Assembly (NCBI GenBank): GCA_943704425.1
Contig: CALSCP010001735.1
Location: forward strand, 1 to 64,000
DNA length: 64,000 nucleotides
Source: Ministeria vibrans ATCC 50519
Lineage: Eukaryota > Protista > Filasterea
Direction: 5' to 3'
The notes under the pieces are model-generated. The model searched no databases and had not been told where the DNA came from. It worked only from the letters and a program-made list of their open reading frames with translations. Each line of letters begins with the position of its first letter. Within the stretch, counting starts at the first letter, position 1. Both the position numbers and the translations under genes were made by a program. Positions 1 through 13,661 of this stretch are shown here, one piece after another.

Positions 1-31
<31 letters not shown>

Positions 32-1940
32 ACGCCAAGCTCTGTGTGTGACCTTGTGTGCATCGGGAACAGACGAGACGAGCTCAGCGGCGGCAATGTC
101 AAAAATGAGCAGACGGCCGTCCTTGGTGCCGCACACGACATGGCGGTTGCCAGGCACAAACCCCAGCGAGAGGACATACTCGCCGCTGATCGTCCGGATG
201 CACGCGTGCGACCGGCTGTTCCACACTTTTATTCCGTCGCTTCCGCCAGTGCACAACAACTACGATAAAAAAAAAAAGAAGAGGAGGAGAAACAAAATTG
301 AGCAAGATGAATCTTGTCGTGGTCTCTCTTCTCTTCTATCTCCCTCGCCCTCTTTTTCTCTCCAAACATACATGACCATCGTAGGAAAAGGCAACGCAAC
401 GCACGTCGGAACGATGGCCGGCAGAATCCAACAGACCCACGGCCGTGTCACTCGAGGCGTCCTTACGCGCCACTGAAACACGATACAGCTCAACCGTGTT
501 AGCATGGGTCGCGACACTCAAACTCATGGCAAGCACGCCATCGTCACCCTCGCCAGCACCCGCCACGCCACTGCCCACCACGCCGTCGCTAAAGTCGAAT
601 GACCGTCCCTTGTGCTGGAGTCGCACAATGTGCACCCGCGCAAAGTAATCGTCAATGCCCAACTGCTCCTCCTCTGCTTCCTCGTCGCCCGTCGCCACCG
701 CCACTTCACCCGTCTCGCCCTTGGCGCGCTTCTTCTCTCGCATTCGCTTCTGTCGTCGCTGCAGCTTCTTCTTTGCCTCCGCCTCGCTCCGCACTGCCAC
801 AATCTCAATGCTCTTGTCTGCTGCCTGCACCGCCAGAAATCGTCCGCTGCGATGCAACTTCATCATGACACACCGGTCCTAACAACGAAGAATCAGTACA
901 CGAAGAAGAGCACCACACAAGACACAATCAAAACAATAATACAACAAAATGTGAACCAACAAGCAATGTTCCTTACTCGACTCTGACGTGCAATCGAGCC
1001 AATCTGATCGTAGCGGACCTTGCTCGTTGCATCTGCCTCCCCCGCGGTGTCCACCAGTTTAAAGATGCGCAGCTCAATGTCGGCTGAGCCGGTCACAAAG
1101 CGCTCGGCGTCTGCGTCGAGAGCTACAAGGCTCGTCACTTCGCATCGATGTCCCACAATCGTCTGCAAACAGTGTCGAGTGTCCACGTCCCACACTTTGA
1201 CATAGGTGTCGCGTGAGCTGCTCAGAAGAAGCGAGTGCTTGGGTGCAAATTGTAATCCGGTAATGGCGCCCTTGTGTCCTTTGAGTCTGTAAATTCCCGC
1301 CTCGCCAATCACATCCCACACAACAATGTCGCCGTCGGCGGAGCCAGACGCAAGTTGCGTGCCTACACGGCGTGAAAAAAAGGAGAAAGGGTGAGAATCA
1401 CCAAGTTGGACAAAATGAGGCACGTCGAACACTCGTGAGAGATAGGGAGACCAGCATACCTGTACTGTCATACTGTAGAGTGGTGATCGCAGACGAATGG
1501 CCGGCAAACGTGACCACGAGCGAGCCGGGTCCGGCAAGGTTGAAGAGCAACACGCGACCATCAGCATATCCGACGGCCAGTCTATCGTTGGTGTCGCCTG
1601 TCGCAATGCACGTCACCTCGTCGTCACTGCCACTCTTTAACACGCACATTTCCGTGGCGGTCCTACAGAGAGTGCATCAAACAGTTGGAAAATGGTTTTA
1701 AAACTTGGAATAGGAATAAAGCTTGGAATACATCCCTCTCCTGCGCGCCACCACACGAGGCACGACACAAATACACGACAAACGCGCTTACCGAGGATTC
1801 CAGACAATCACATTTTGAAGAGCGGGCACGGCAAGGCCATTGCGAGTCGGGACATGCGCGATGTTTCCTCGTCCGCTGCACACAACCCCCAATGGGTTTC
1901 CCGACGGCGAAAAGCGCAAGTACGACCGTACGATGGGCAT
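1..1940 (-). CDS. WDR3: WD40-repeat SSU processome component WDR3/UTP12 (Dip2); multi-exon, 3' end runs off the window
   Basis: Start MPIVRSYLRFSPSGNPLGVVCS at 1940. WD40 exons include LASGSADGDIVVWDVIGEAGIYRLKGHKGAIT, SSSRDTYVKVWDVDTRHCLQTIVGHRCEV and GHRSDVRCVAFS. The RSEAEAKKKLQRRQKR basic segment is typical of UTP12. Confidence 0.9.
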
Positions 1941-2027
1941 GGTTAACAATAAATTTAAGTGGCGACTAACGACTCAGCAGGTGAGTGCCGATTAGTATTA
2001 TTTAAGAAACGACTCTTCAGTATCAAT

Positions 2028-2795
2028 ATGAGTTTTCATCTTGGCAGCAGCGGAGTTGAATACAATGAACGTGAAGTGGGTGACGCAGAACGGCCTTTAG
2101 ACGAGTGCGCTGCGCGCGATATTCAGGCGTGTTACGAGAGGCACGCCAAAGAGCTCCATCGGCATTGTTTCCATTGACTTTTACTGTACAGTGCCGATAC
2201 TGCCGCCGCCGTGGACGCTGGTTGCCAGCTTCAGCAGAGTCTTGTGCACCATGGTAAGTTGAGTGAGGTCGACTGGTCGACTCGTGGTCTAGAGGAGTCT
2301 AAAAGACCAGATTGACTACCGCCACCCAAAAAAAAACCGCCACTTTTCTTAGACGCATCGCTCGAGCGTTCGCTTGACTTCCTCTTGTCCCATTTGCGAT
2401 CGTCCCTGAGCGATGAAATACATCAATTTCGAGAGCAGGTTCACTGGTCGGCATGTGGATGTGCCGCGGGAGAATCGATGCGAGAAGAAGAGGACGACTG
2501 TGCGGATGTGGCAAGCGAAAACGCGTCCGTGGTGGATCAACGCGTGCCCTCCTGCCAGCACCCCAGGGTGTCGGACGACAGCGAGCGCGAAGGGCAAGCT
2601 GAATATGGAAGTATTCATGAGGCACACATGCAGCTGGCGCACGAGGATCGCCTCGACGGACGGCAGCTCAAGAGTGAAGAGGGCGCAGACGACACTTCTA
2701 CAGAGGACGCACTGGATCAGCTCGCGCCGCTCGCCCAGGAAAACCTCATGCTGCGTTATCTCTCCCACATGGTCGTGCTAGTGTATCAATTGTAG
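2028..2795 (+). CDS. Hypothetical acidic protein, probably 3 exons
   Basis: ATG at 2028 (MSFHLGSSGVEY). GT..AG introns at ~2106-2191 and ~2254-2352 join in frame to ORF 2385-2795. No family recognised. Confidence 0.45.
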
Positions 2796-2849
2796 AAGAG
2801 TGCCCAAGTAATTTTTGGTTTTGTTTTGCTATCTTTTCGTATTGTTCGT

Positions 2850-4796
2850 TCACTTTTCTTCGACTTTGACATCCACTTGCATTGGACCTGCGTCGCTTTC
2901 CGCCTCTTCGACAGCGGCAGTAGCAACCGCAGCATCATGTGCACAAGCATCGGCAGACACACCGACGTCTGCTGTCTCCATGGGTACGGTCGGTGTGGCC
3001 GCCCCTTCCTCCTCCTCCTCCTTCACCGCGACGTCGCTATTCGCATCATTCAACGTGGCCGAGGGCGGTGCTTCAGTGGACACAGCAGCTGGAATGCGCC
3101 GCTGACCCGAGCCGCGCGCAAACTCAACATGAAGCACATTGCTCTGGCGCTTGTTAAGCAGACCCACCACAGCTGGCTGATTGAGATCCAAAACACACGA
3201 CGAGCCGCAAAAAACCGTCTTTCCCTCACGACCCACACGGTTGCAAGCGACAAAGACGGTGTCGGTGCCGACAAGGGGTGCCAAACGATGGCACCAGTAG
3301 TTGGGGGTGCGCAGTGCGTCGCCATCGCCACTGTCTAGCCAGCAGCACATCAGTACCACGAGACCCACGCCACCGGCCCTCTCGCCCTGCTCCTGTGTCC
3401 CCTGCTGTTGTGCCCCTTCAATGAACCGTGCAAACTCGCGTGCCTCAAAGGGCGCTTCAAACTTGTACGGATTGATATCCATGCAAATGCCAAACACCAC
3501 CTAAAAAACACGCAATAGAATCAAAATGTATATAAGAGAGACACTAAACACACCACAAAAACACACCACAATACACACCACAAAAACACACCACAAAAAC
3601 ACACCACAAACACACACACACACCTACACACATACATACACCACAAAACACGCATATACATACACACGCACCACAGAAACACACCACAAAGACACACACA
3701 CACATACACACATAACCACAAAAACGTACATGTACACACACATTTATCTGCCTCTCTTACCGACCCGATGTTGGGCACCTGGGCGACTGCAAACCCCTGA
3801 CCTTCCTCGGCCCAACGCTCATCCGCCTCAAACAGAAAGTGCTTGTCGTACATGTGCGCTAAGGTGCCGTCGGGACCCACTACCGCCGCACTGTTGTAGT
3901 AGCGGTCGTGCAAGGACGCCGCTGTTGTGTCTGCGCCGTTTGATATCACTGGTGATGTAGACTTGGTCGCCTCGCCACTTGCCAGTGGGGCAGTCACGTC
4001 GCCTGTTACCGTTGTCTCAGCTGCCGCAGTCGCTGCACTGTTGTCTACTGCAGCCTCCGTACTTTCCATTGCTGCTGCTGACGATGAAACGACATCTGCC
4101 GAGGCTGCCAAAGCAGCTTCAGTTGTTGCCTCTTGCCCAGTGATGGCTGTTGTTGTCACCGCGGTCCCTAACCCCACTTCTGTGGCTCCCCCTTCTACTT
4201 TGCCAGCCTCCGTCGCAATTGGGGCCTCTACAAGCGGTGTTGCTGCTGCCTCCGACGGCGTGTTGTTCGCGCTCGTCGCGTCTGTCGCAACTGTCGCATT
4301 CACGATGACTGCCGGTGGCTCTGCGTTGCCCTCGGCGACTGCATCTGTTGCTGTCTGAATGGTGGGCGAGGGTGCAGGTGCACGGACGACGCGTGGGAAG
4401 CCCACGGCGACGGAGCACTGCAGCCGTCGTGCGGTGCGCACTGCCCAATCGCCTGAAGCGCCAGTCAGCCCCTCTTCAACAAAGGCACTCACGTGCTCCC
4501 GATCCTGGAAGCAATAGCCCGTAAAGGACATCTCGGGAAGGACAAGAAGATCGAGCGAGCCCGGAGTTATGCTAGAGCGTCCAAAAGTGTTTTGAGTCGA
4601 GGGAAAAATTTCGTTCCTTCTTCTTACTCAGAAATCATGTCGTCGACAAATTCAATGCTCTTGGCCACATTGGCAAACTGTGGTGCGTATTGGCACAAGG
4701 CTGCATGGGGAGGTGAAGAGAGAAAGGGTTGCAAAGGAACGGTGTGTTTGTTGATTTGCACTACCACTTACCCACTCGAACATTTCCGGCGCTCAT
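2850..4796 (-). CDS. NTA1: Protein N-terminal Asn/Gln amidohydrolase, fungal Nta1 type (nitrilase fold)
   Basis: Spliced MSAGNVRVALCQYAPQF, LLVLPEMSFTGYCF, YYNSA..YDKHFLFEADERWAEEG and GICMDINPYKFEAPF give the E-K-C triad and Nta1-specific motifs. Confidence 0.88.
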
Positions 4797-4943
4797 GGAT
4801 AGGCTAGGTGTCGTACAAAACAGACGAGACCTGACCACTGATCTTAACAAACTTGTTGGAAGCACAGTGGAGAGATAATATGATTCAAAAAATCAAATTG
4901 AAATTCTAAAATCTCAAGTTTTAATCAGAAAAATACATTCTCC

Positions 4944-7314
4944 ATGTCGTCCGATGCAATTGAAGAGGTATGCTGTTACTTTGCGGTGGTCGGTGAACTA
5001 ACTCGATGTGCGTGTGTGTGCTTTTTTTTTTCTTTTTTCTTTTCTCCTTTTTTTTTTTTTTTTTTTTTTTTTGATGAGTCTTCACAAAACCATTCGTTTC
5101 TCTCCCAACGCGGCTCTTTCCCACTCTCCCTTGCGCGCTACAGCCCCTCAAACCCCGGCTCACATCCATTCTGCGTCGTTTCAGGCCCCTTCGTGGCCTA
5201 TCGCATGTGTCGTGTGTGTGAAACATATTTTTTTTTCTTTTTTTTTTCTTTTAGCTCAACGCTCGTTCTTCTTTTCTAGTCACCCATGGCGCAATACGAT
5301 CTGACGCCTGCACTGGCGGAGTACCTGGACGGTCACTTGGTGCTGCCCTTGTTAGAATTTGTTGAATCCAGAGCGGTACGATTGTTTTTTGACATGTGGC
5401 CAATCTCAACCCTCCCAGAGGGAGGGTCAGGGCACCAGTGGCTTTCATCACACCACCCGCTTACTCCATCTTCTTTGGTGTCTAATTTCGTATTGTAGAT
5501 TTTTCCTGTCGAGGAAGTTTTGCAAGAAAAGTTAAAAGTCCTCTCTCACACCAAACTCGTCGACTTTGCCATCGAATGCCACAACAAATTGTTCAACACC
5601 GACACAGCACCTACAGGTAAGGCGCCGTCAGAGCCAGAGTTTCAGAGACAGATGTCTTATTATTATTATAATGTGTTTTCTTTTCTTTCGTGGCGCAGAC
5701 TTTATGGAGCGGAGAGAATCCGCCGTTGCCGAGCTGCACACGCGGCGGCAAGAGATGGAGCGGATACAGAAGATTCTGGACGAGCCGGACATTCTCGATC
5801 AGTTGCGACAGGACAAGACAGAGAGTCTTGAGTGTCTCAAGCGCAAGTACGGCTTTCAAGTGGAGGATCTCGACACGCTCTATTCGTATGCTAAGTTTGA
5901 GTTTGACACGGGCAAGTACGGCGACGCAGCGGCACATCTTACCTTCTTCGTTATTCTCGTAAGTACCGTTCACCAGGAAGAAAAACAAACGTCTTTAAAC
6001 TTATTCTTATTTTTATTGTTTTAGTCAACTGACGTGAAGAAATTGGCGAGTGCCATGTGGGGCAAGACCTCATCGGAAATTCTCATGCAAAACTGGGAAG
6101 CGGCACTCGAGGACATTGGGGAACTGCGCGATGGAATTGATAGCAAGGTACACTCATGAATTTAAGAGGAGAGTGATATAACAAGCACTTTTGACCCTTT
6201 TTTAGAATATGACACAAGTGGAGCAGCTGAATGCGCGCACGTGGCTGTTGCACTGGTCGCTGTTTGTCTTCTTCAACCACGACCAAGGGCGCGAGGCCAT
6301 GATTGACATGTGCTTCCATCCCGCGTAAGCACACACTCAAAAACAAACCACACTGGCATTGAGTCTGCTTGTTGGAATGTGATGATTTTCTGTAATTGGT
6401 CTGTGTTTATGATGCGAGTTCAAGACGCATTTGAATTGAACATACAGTTTTTATCTGATCCCATACATGTGATTGTTTTTTATAAACGTGTATCTCTTGT
6501 GCATCCACATGATTACCCTCTCACACGCAAACATCTCTTATCAGGTACATGAACGCCATCCAGACATCGTGTCCGCACATCCTGCGCTACCTTGCGACCG
6601 CCATCATCACCACGCGCAAGCAGCACCGCCGTCTCAAGGACCTTGTGCGTGTCATCCGCACTGAAAAGTACCGCGATCCCATAATTGAGCTTCTCGAGTG
6701 CCTCTATGTCAAGTTTGACTTTGACGAGGCTCAAACCAAGGTCTTTTTTTTTTTCTGTCGTGATTGGTGTATTGACTGCTTTTTTTTTCTTCTTTTTTTT
6801 AAATTGCAGTTGCGCGAGTGTGATGCAGTGCTTGAGAACGACTACTTCCTGTCGTCCCTGCGCGATCAGTTTATGCAGAATGCGCGTCTGTTCATCTTCG
6901 AGACGTACTGCCGAGTGCACCAGTGCATCCGCCTTGACATGCTCGCCGAAAAGCTCAACCTCTCCGTTGACGATGCTGAGCGGTACGCACACATATACAC
7001 ACAATGCATGACGCTTACACTTTTTTTTTTTTCGAAGATGGATTGTGGATCTGATCCGCAATGCGCGTTTGGATGCCAAGATTGACAGTGCCACCGGGAC
7101 AGTTGTGATGGGCACTCCCGTCAAGAGCATCTACCAAAAGGTTCGTCGATGGTTTTCTTTTTTTGACACTTGCTCACTTTCACTTCCTCCCTCCCTTTGC
7201 CGCTTTCAGGTGATTGAGCAGACCAAAGACTTGTCCATCCGCTCGCAAATGCTCGCGTCCACCGTCGAGAAGCGCCTGGTACAGCAACAACAGCGACAGA
7301 CGACGGCCAAATAA
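4944..7314 (+). CDS. EIF3E: Translation initiation factor eIF3 subunit e (INT6)
   Basis: [54 protein letters not shown] and PCI-domain [17 protein letters not shown] short upstream exon MSSDAIEE (4944) splices in frame; the conserved Met is at 5286. Confidence 0.95.
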
Positions 7315-7409
7315 ATACGCCTCAACCCAACACACAAACTTGTATCCGAATTGAATCATGAATATTTTAAACATAAACAGAGTTGAGAAACAAGAGAGGG
7401 AATGGAGGA

Positions 7410-8953
7410 TTAATCGGACTTTGGCTTGGCGCCGGGCAGCTTGCTCTCGATGAGGGCATTAACAGTGACAAGATGGTGCTTGGCAACGGCAAGGAGAGGG
7501 TCAATGTCGCCCGCAAACTGTGCATAGGCACGCGGCACTGAGAAGGCCAGCAGCACCGCAAGGGTCACAAGCGAGGCAAACGGAAGAAGCCACAGTACAA
7601 TGTGTGCCGCCCACATCCCAAGTGCAAACTATATTTAAAATAATCAAGTATGAGAGCCTCTCTCACACATACTCTCTCCTCCATATCCTGTGTGTACCTT
7701 TGCCGTGGCAAAGACAGAGTCACAGAGGAAGGCCTTGCGAATGCAGGTCCATTCCTTGGCAACAAGGTCAACGCAGCAGACTGCCGTGCTCTTGATGGCC
7801 TCCTTGGGCAGTGCGATTGTCGTCGGAATGAAGGGGCTACATCAACCACGTAGTTATTACAATCATTAGTATACAGAATGAATAGCATTGCATATTATTG
7901 TTATTATTATTATTAAGATAACATAATTCATATTATATTTATACCGAAGGTCTGGAAGACGTCCCGGGAGGAACCGCTCGACGAGATCGCGCGTCTTTAC
8001 AGAAAACGCAACGAGGACGGTCGACCAGCAGAGGGTCCAGGTGACCGTCGACAGAAGCGGTGTCTCCGAGTAGAACACAAAATAGAGCGCCGTCAGGGAC
8101 GATACAAACGCGACAGCTGTCTTTTTCACGTCACGCCACTCGAGAAGTTCCTTGACTGCAGAAACACAGAGCAGAAAAAAATAATAAGGATTGTGGTCTC
8201 TTTCTCTCTCTTCTTCTCGTACACTCGGCACAGTTCTGGCACAGTGGGCACGAGTCGGCAGAGGTGGCGGTGTCTTCCTGAGACGCCTCAGGAATGGCGG
8301 CTTCGACGACAGGGGGGGTGGCGGCTTCGACAGCGGGAAGAGGGGTCGAGTTGGACGAGGAAGTGGCTGTGGCAGGTGTGGGCGTAGCGACGGGAGTGTT
8401 GGTGGGCACTTGAGCGGGTGCGCTCTCGCTCGTCGGCGACTCCTCTACAGGCCATTCAAGCAATGAGACATACAAACAAACACACAGAGAAATAATACAC
8501 ACATGGCGAGCCATGGCGTCTGCGTGCAGTCTCTCTCTCTATCGATTGGCGATTGTGAAACGAACGAAAAGCGGTCGAACCCTTTTGAATGGGTGTTCAG
8601 CCGCTTCCTCGGAAGCCTATGGGGGCACCCACGCATACCACGACGAGTGGTGCACTGCACGGACTGATACCCCAAATAGGAGCGGCGCAAGATGCCCTCG
8701 TTTGTAATGTCAGCATGGGACAATTTTGGGGGCTTTTTTTTTTTTTTTTTCACATGAAATTTCTCAAAGAGTGACTGGCAGACAGAGAGAGGAGCGAGGG
8801 AGTCTTACTTGCGGATTCGACTTTGACGTTATCTTCGCTGCCGGCGACGCTGGAGGCGGGGACGGGCGAGTCGCTCTCATGGTCGCTGTCGCTCTCGTCT
8901 TGGAGCAGCGCCAGGCCCTTGTCGGTGTTGTCGAGGTCGTCGTGGTCGGACAT
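7410..8953 (-). CDS. Reticulon-family ER-shaping protein
   Basis: Acidic/Ala-Pro-Thr N-terminus, then VKELLEWRDVKKTAVAF, two long hydrophobic segments, AFSVPRAY and C-terminal IESKLPGAKPKSD. Confidence 0.85.
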
Positions 8954-9327
8954 GATGGTGGTGGAACGGAGTGAACGACTGAAGCGTGAAAAAATGTGAA
9001 CTTTGCGGCGGTCTTGGGTAGCTAGGGAGTGATCAAGCAGAGGGAAATGGTTGCATGACTCAGATCGAAATGAACTTGAAGCGCAATTGCGTTTGAAACA
9101 CGGCAACGACAGGCCGTAGACGCAGAAGGAAACACACCTATATTGTTACGATCCTTTAACTTCCTTAGAGACTTCTCTTATCAGAGAGCATTATTGGCAT
9201 TGTGCGGAGGGAGAGCCTTTGTTTAGAAAAAGCAGATGACAACTTCTCAACTTCAACATCACACTGTCTGTCTTCACAGCTCACATTTGAGTTTTGCCTG
9301 TTGACGCTTCTGCTTGTGCACTTTTCA

Positions 9328-10261
9328 ATGATGCGTCTGCGCTTGCTCGTTGGGCTGGTCGCCGTTGCGTGTGCGGTGCAGGTTGCGCACTCGGCAATGC
9401 ACGAACTGCTTCCGTACAATGCGCGCGCCTCGGACAATGCCACTGTCGTCAGTGGAAACGCCCGCTTCACCGTGCTCACCGACCGCCTCGTGCGCATGGA
9501 ATACAGCGACGATGGCCACTTTGAAGACCGCCCCTCAATGGCCTTTGTCAATCGCGCTCTGCCCGTCCCCAAGTTCGCTGCGTCTACCAACGCCGGCGTC
9601 CTGACCATCACCACGGCTGCAGTTGAACTGTCCTACACGGTGAGGATCGCGCGCGAGTCTGCACAGCGTGAGGCACTCTGAAACGATCATCTCGCTCCCC
9701 AAATTGCGCGTAGGTCGGCCAAGCCTTCTCCAGCGCTTCCCTGCGCATGCGCAGCACCAACTCCTCTTCGACGTTCAAGGCGTGGTCCTTTGGCATGGCC
9801 AACGACGGAAACCTCCTCGGCACGATCCGTTCGCTGGATGACATTGGCGGACCCATCTCGCTCAACTGCACTACGAATGCTGCAACCAAAGTACGCACAC
9901 TACGATGGCTCAAAGCCCTTGCGCCGTCGTTCTCGAACCGTGTTTTTGATTGTAGGTTCACGACGAGCACCTTCACTGCGAATGGGGTCTGGTTTCGCGT
10001 TCAGGATGGAGCGTTGTGGACGATTCCGACAACGCAATGTGGGACGAAACAACCGGCTACGTTGCGGAGACGCCCGTCGTCCGTAACCGGTAATTATTCA
10101 AAATGACCAGCGTAGATGGTGTCCCTTGTGTCTTGAACCCCCCCATTACTGACCGTATCTCGTCTCTTCGTCCAGCGATACGCACGATCTGTACATGTTT
10201 GCCCATGGAAACGTACGGAGAGAGAGTGAGAGCCAAGATTCTAATCGTGGTCTATTCGTCG

Positions 10262-10297
<36 letters not shown>

Positions 10298-10875
10298 CAT
10301 ACACATATACAGGACTTTCGTGGCGCACTGTACGACTTTCAGCTGATTGGTGGCAAGGCAGCGATGGTGCCCCGCTATGTTCTTGGTGTCATGTGGAGCC
10401 GTTGGTACGACCTGAGCTCGTACGATATTCGCAAGGTACGAATGAGTCCCGGATAGACATCTCTCTGACAACTCTCTCTCTCTCTCTCTCTGTCTCTCAA
10501 GGTTGTCGAGTCGTACTCTTCGCGCTCGATTCCGCTGGATGTATTTGTGCTGGACATGGACTGGCATCCCCTGCCTTGGTCTGGCTACTCCTTCGACAAG
10601 GCGCTCTTTCCATTTCCCAGCGACGCCATGGGCTGGCTTGCCCACAAGGGTACACCTGCGCCACTGCCACACTCTCACTCACTCACACACTCATTCACAC
10701 CACTCACTGTTATGTAGGGCTTCACACGGCCGCCAACCTGCACGATGCAATGGGCGTCAACTCCTTTGAGGCGACCTATCCGGCATTTGCCAAGGCTCTG
10801 GGAGTGGACCCATCGAGTGGCGCGACGATTGAATTTGACGTAGTCAACGCCACTTACATGTACACTGCAATTCTT

Positions 10876-10925
<50 letters not shown>

Positions 10926-13579
10926 ATGTGTGTCATTGATGTCTCTTGTCTCGTGCTAGGTTCAATCTGGAGGACCTTGTGCTTAAACCTGTGGCCGATG
11001 CGGGACTCGATCACTGGTGGATCGACTGGCAACAGGTATACACACACATCATTGACACACTACCACTCGCTGCAGCACACACACATATATATTATAAATT
11101 GAATATTATAATTATATAATTATATTATATATGACACACGCACGCACACACTCACACATTTATGACGCACACACATATACTCATACATACACATACTCAC
11201 ACACACATACTCACACACACGCTCTTCGGTAGGGTGGCACTCAGGGCGGATGCACGGGTGGTAAACACAACCCTACCATCCTGACGAACCAAGTGCGCGC
11301 TACAGATCCCTTCCGCACCCACGAGAACACGCGCACCTTCCTCCTCTCGCGTTTTGGTGGCCTTGGCAATCATCGCTACCAGGTGGGCTTTAGCGGCGAT
11401 GTTGCTCACTCGTGGAGCTCTCTTGCATTCCAGCCCTACTTCAGCGCCACTGCAACTAACGTCGCCTTTGGCTACTGGTCCCACGACATTATTGCGGCAG
11501 GAACCGATCATGAAATGCACACTCGCTGGATCCAATTTGGTACACTCTCACTCATGTACAAACACTCCTGACTCAATCCAAATCTTTTTTTTTATAGGTG
11601 CGTACTCGGGCGTGTTCCGCTCGCACGACGCGGGTGCTTCGGGCGGGGGTTGTGCCGACACGTCCCCTCCCTCCTGCTCCATTGTCGAAGTCTGGAAGGT
11701 GCCCACCGAGTATTTCGAGGCAAACCGGGACGCGCTTCAGGCACGCGCCGCCCTTCTTCCTTACCTTTACACGCTCGCTCGAGAGGTTTGCAGCATTATA
11801 CCCGTCCGCACTTCTCACGCACACATTGTACTCTTCTGTCCCATCTTAGAACTACGACAGTGGCGTAGGACCCACTCGTCCCATGTACTACGACTTCCCC
11901 TCCTTTGACGAGGCCTACCTCATCGACCCCAACGGCAACTACGCTCAGTACATGATTGGCTCCGACATGATGGTCGCCCCTGGTCAGTACCTTCCTCCAG
12001 TTGTTTCTTTTTTCTGTTAGTAACAATCATGCCTTACTTAGTCGTTGTGCCAATGGACTCTGACTCGCAAATGGCCACCATTGAGTTCTGGATTCCTCCC
12101 GGGATGTGGTACGAGCAGACGTCAGGTGTGCTTCACAAGGGCCCAAAGAAGCTGCGCAAGGCATACGCACTCAGCGAAGTGCCTGTCTTCATCCGCGCTG
12201 GCGCTGTCCTGCCCACTGTGCCTGTGCGCGCCGGCGACACTCTTGCCATGGCCCGCCGCCAGTTTACCAAGCTTATTGCGTCTATTTACCCCGGTGACAA
12301 CGCTGGCTCTACCTCCGTCTACGAGGACGATGGTATGTCCCTCGACTACACTTCCGACAAGGTATGTATTGGCGATGACCGTCGTTTCTTTTTTCTCACC
12401 CACACTCACATACCTTGTCCACTCCTCTCTCACACACACATACCCTCTCTCTCACACACACTTTTGTGTCTTTTTTTCTCCTTTCTCTCGTCTTTCCTTC
12501 TCTTTCTCTCTCAGTTTGAGCGTACACACATTAGCTACACAAGGAAGACAGGCACTTCCTTGAGTGTGTCCATGAGCACTACAGGGAATGGATTTGCGGG
12601 CTCTGAGGCCAAGCGTGCGTGGGAGGTGCGTGTGGTGTCATCCATGATGGCTAGCAAGGTCACCGTGGATGGCCACGAGGTGCCCTATGTTCGCTTCGGC
12701 GTGTCTGAGTCGGCAACGGATGCGTGGAGCTACGACGGTGTGACCCTCGAGCTTATTGTGGCCCTGGCCCCGCGTAACAAGAACAGTGCCGTTACTGTGG
12801 ACATTGAGACGAGTGCCACGCCCGCCGGCTTCGACTTCTCGGGTGTGCGTGGGGCTATTGCACATGCCATTCTGTGCAAGCTGACCGTGGACGCCGACCG
12901 CACCAACGTTGGCTCTATCCAGGCGACGACGCGTCTCTCCACCAGCGGCGATGCCCTTTCGTACCTCGCGGGTCACGATTCGTCCGCGTTTTCGCACGCC
13001 CTCATGGAGACAACCATGCTGCAGAACATGGCGGCGACCGAAGTGCTCAACTTGCGTCCTGACGTTGTGCCGGACAACGCGCTCAGCCAGGCGTACAGCG
13101 ACGAGCGCCGCGACACCGTCCTATGTGGCACCAATGACTGCCGCACCACCAACGTCGCCTATTCGCGCCAGCGCATTGAGGGCTACCAGCCCAAGCAAGG
13201 CGACACGGACGTGGTGCCGCTCAAGTGTTACTGGAATGCCGCCACTAACGACAACTACGTCACGACAGAGACGACTATACCCGCCGGCTACGCTCCCTGC
13301 GACTGGGACGACGGAAACGTCTTCTCGGTCGCCAAGGCTAACACGGCGGCGCTCGACGTTTACATTAGCAGCGACCACCACCACCACTTGACCACTGCGA
13401 CGCCCCAGGGACGCGACTGGGCTACCTTTAACGGTTACACTCTCCTGCACGCTGCCATTGGGCACGTCTACACCTCGTCGCAGGGAGGTTCCTCCACCTC
13501 CTCTCCTCCTGTGGGCCTTACGTCGCCCTCGCGTGCCGCTCACTGCATGTCCCTCATGAAGAACGCCAATAACGAGTAG
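9328..13579 (+). CDS. Secreted glycoside hydrolase family 31 (WWIDWQQG type) with an extra C-terminal repeat domain
   Basis: Signal peptide MMRLRLLVGLVAVACAVQVAHS; ARFTVLTDRLVRMEY; VPRYVLGVMWSRWY; VLDMDWH; nucleophile motif WWIDWQQG; SRFGGLGNHRYQVGFSGD acid/base; WSHDI; YEDDG. Confidence 0.9.
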
Positions 13580-13661
13580 ATTGAAACGTGACTGGTCAAA
13601 TAAGTTTTTAAAAATTAGAAAAAGGACATGATTTATAATAATATTAATATCAAGGGGAATA

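Noticed and set aside
3521-3760. Cys/Val-rich tail of the 336-aa ORF
   Set aside because: Translation of a (TG)-rich NTA1 intron.
12362-12514. In-frame hydrophobic stretch in the GH31 ORF that looks like a TM helix
   Set aside because: It is a 153-nt GT-AG pyrimidine-rich intron, stop-free because it is A-poor.
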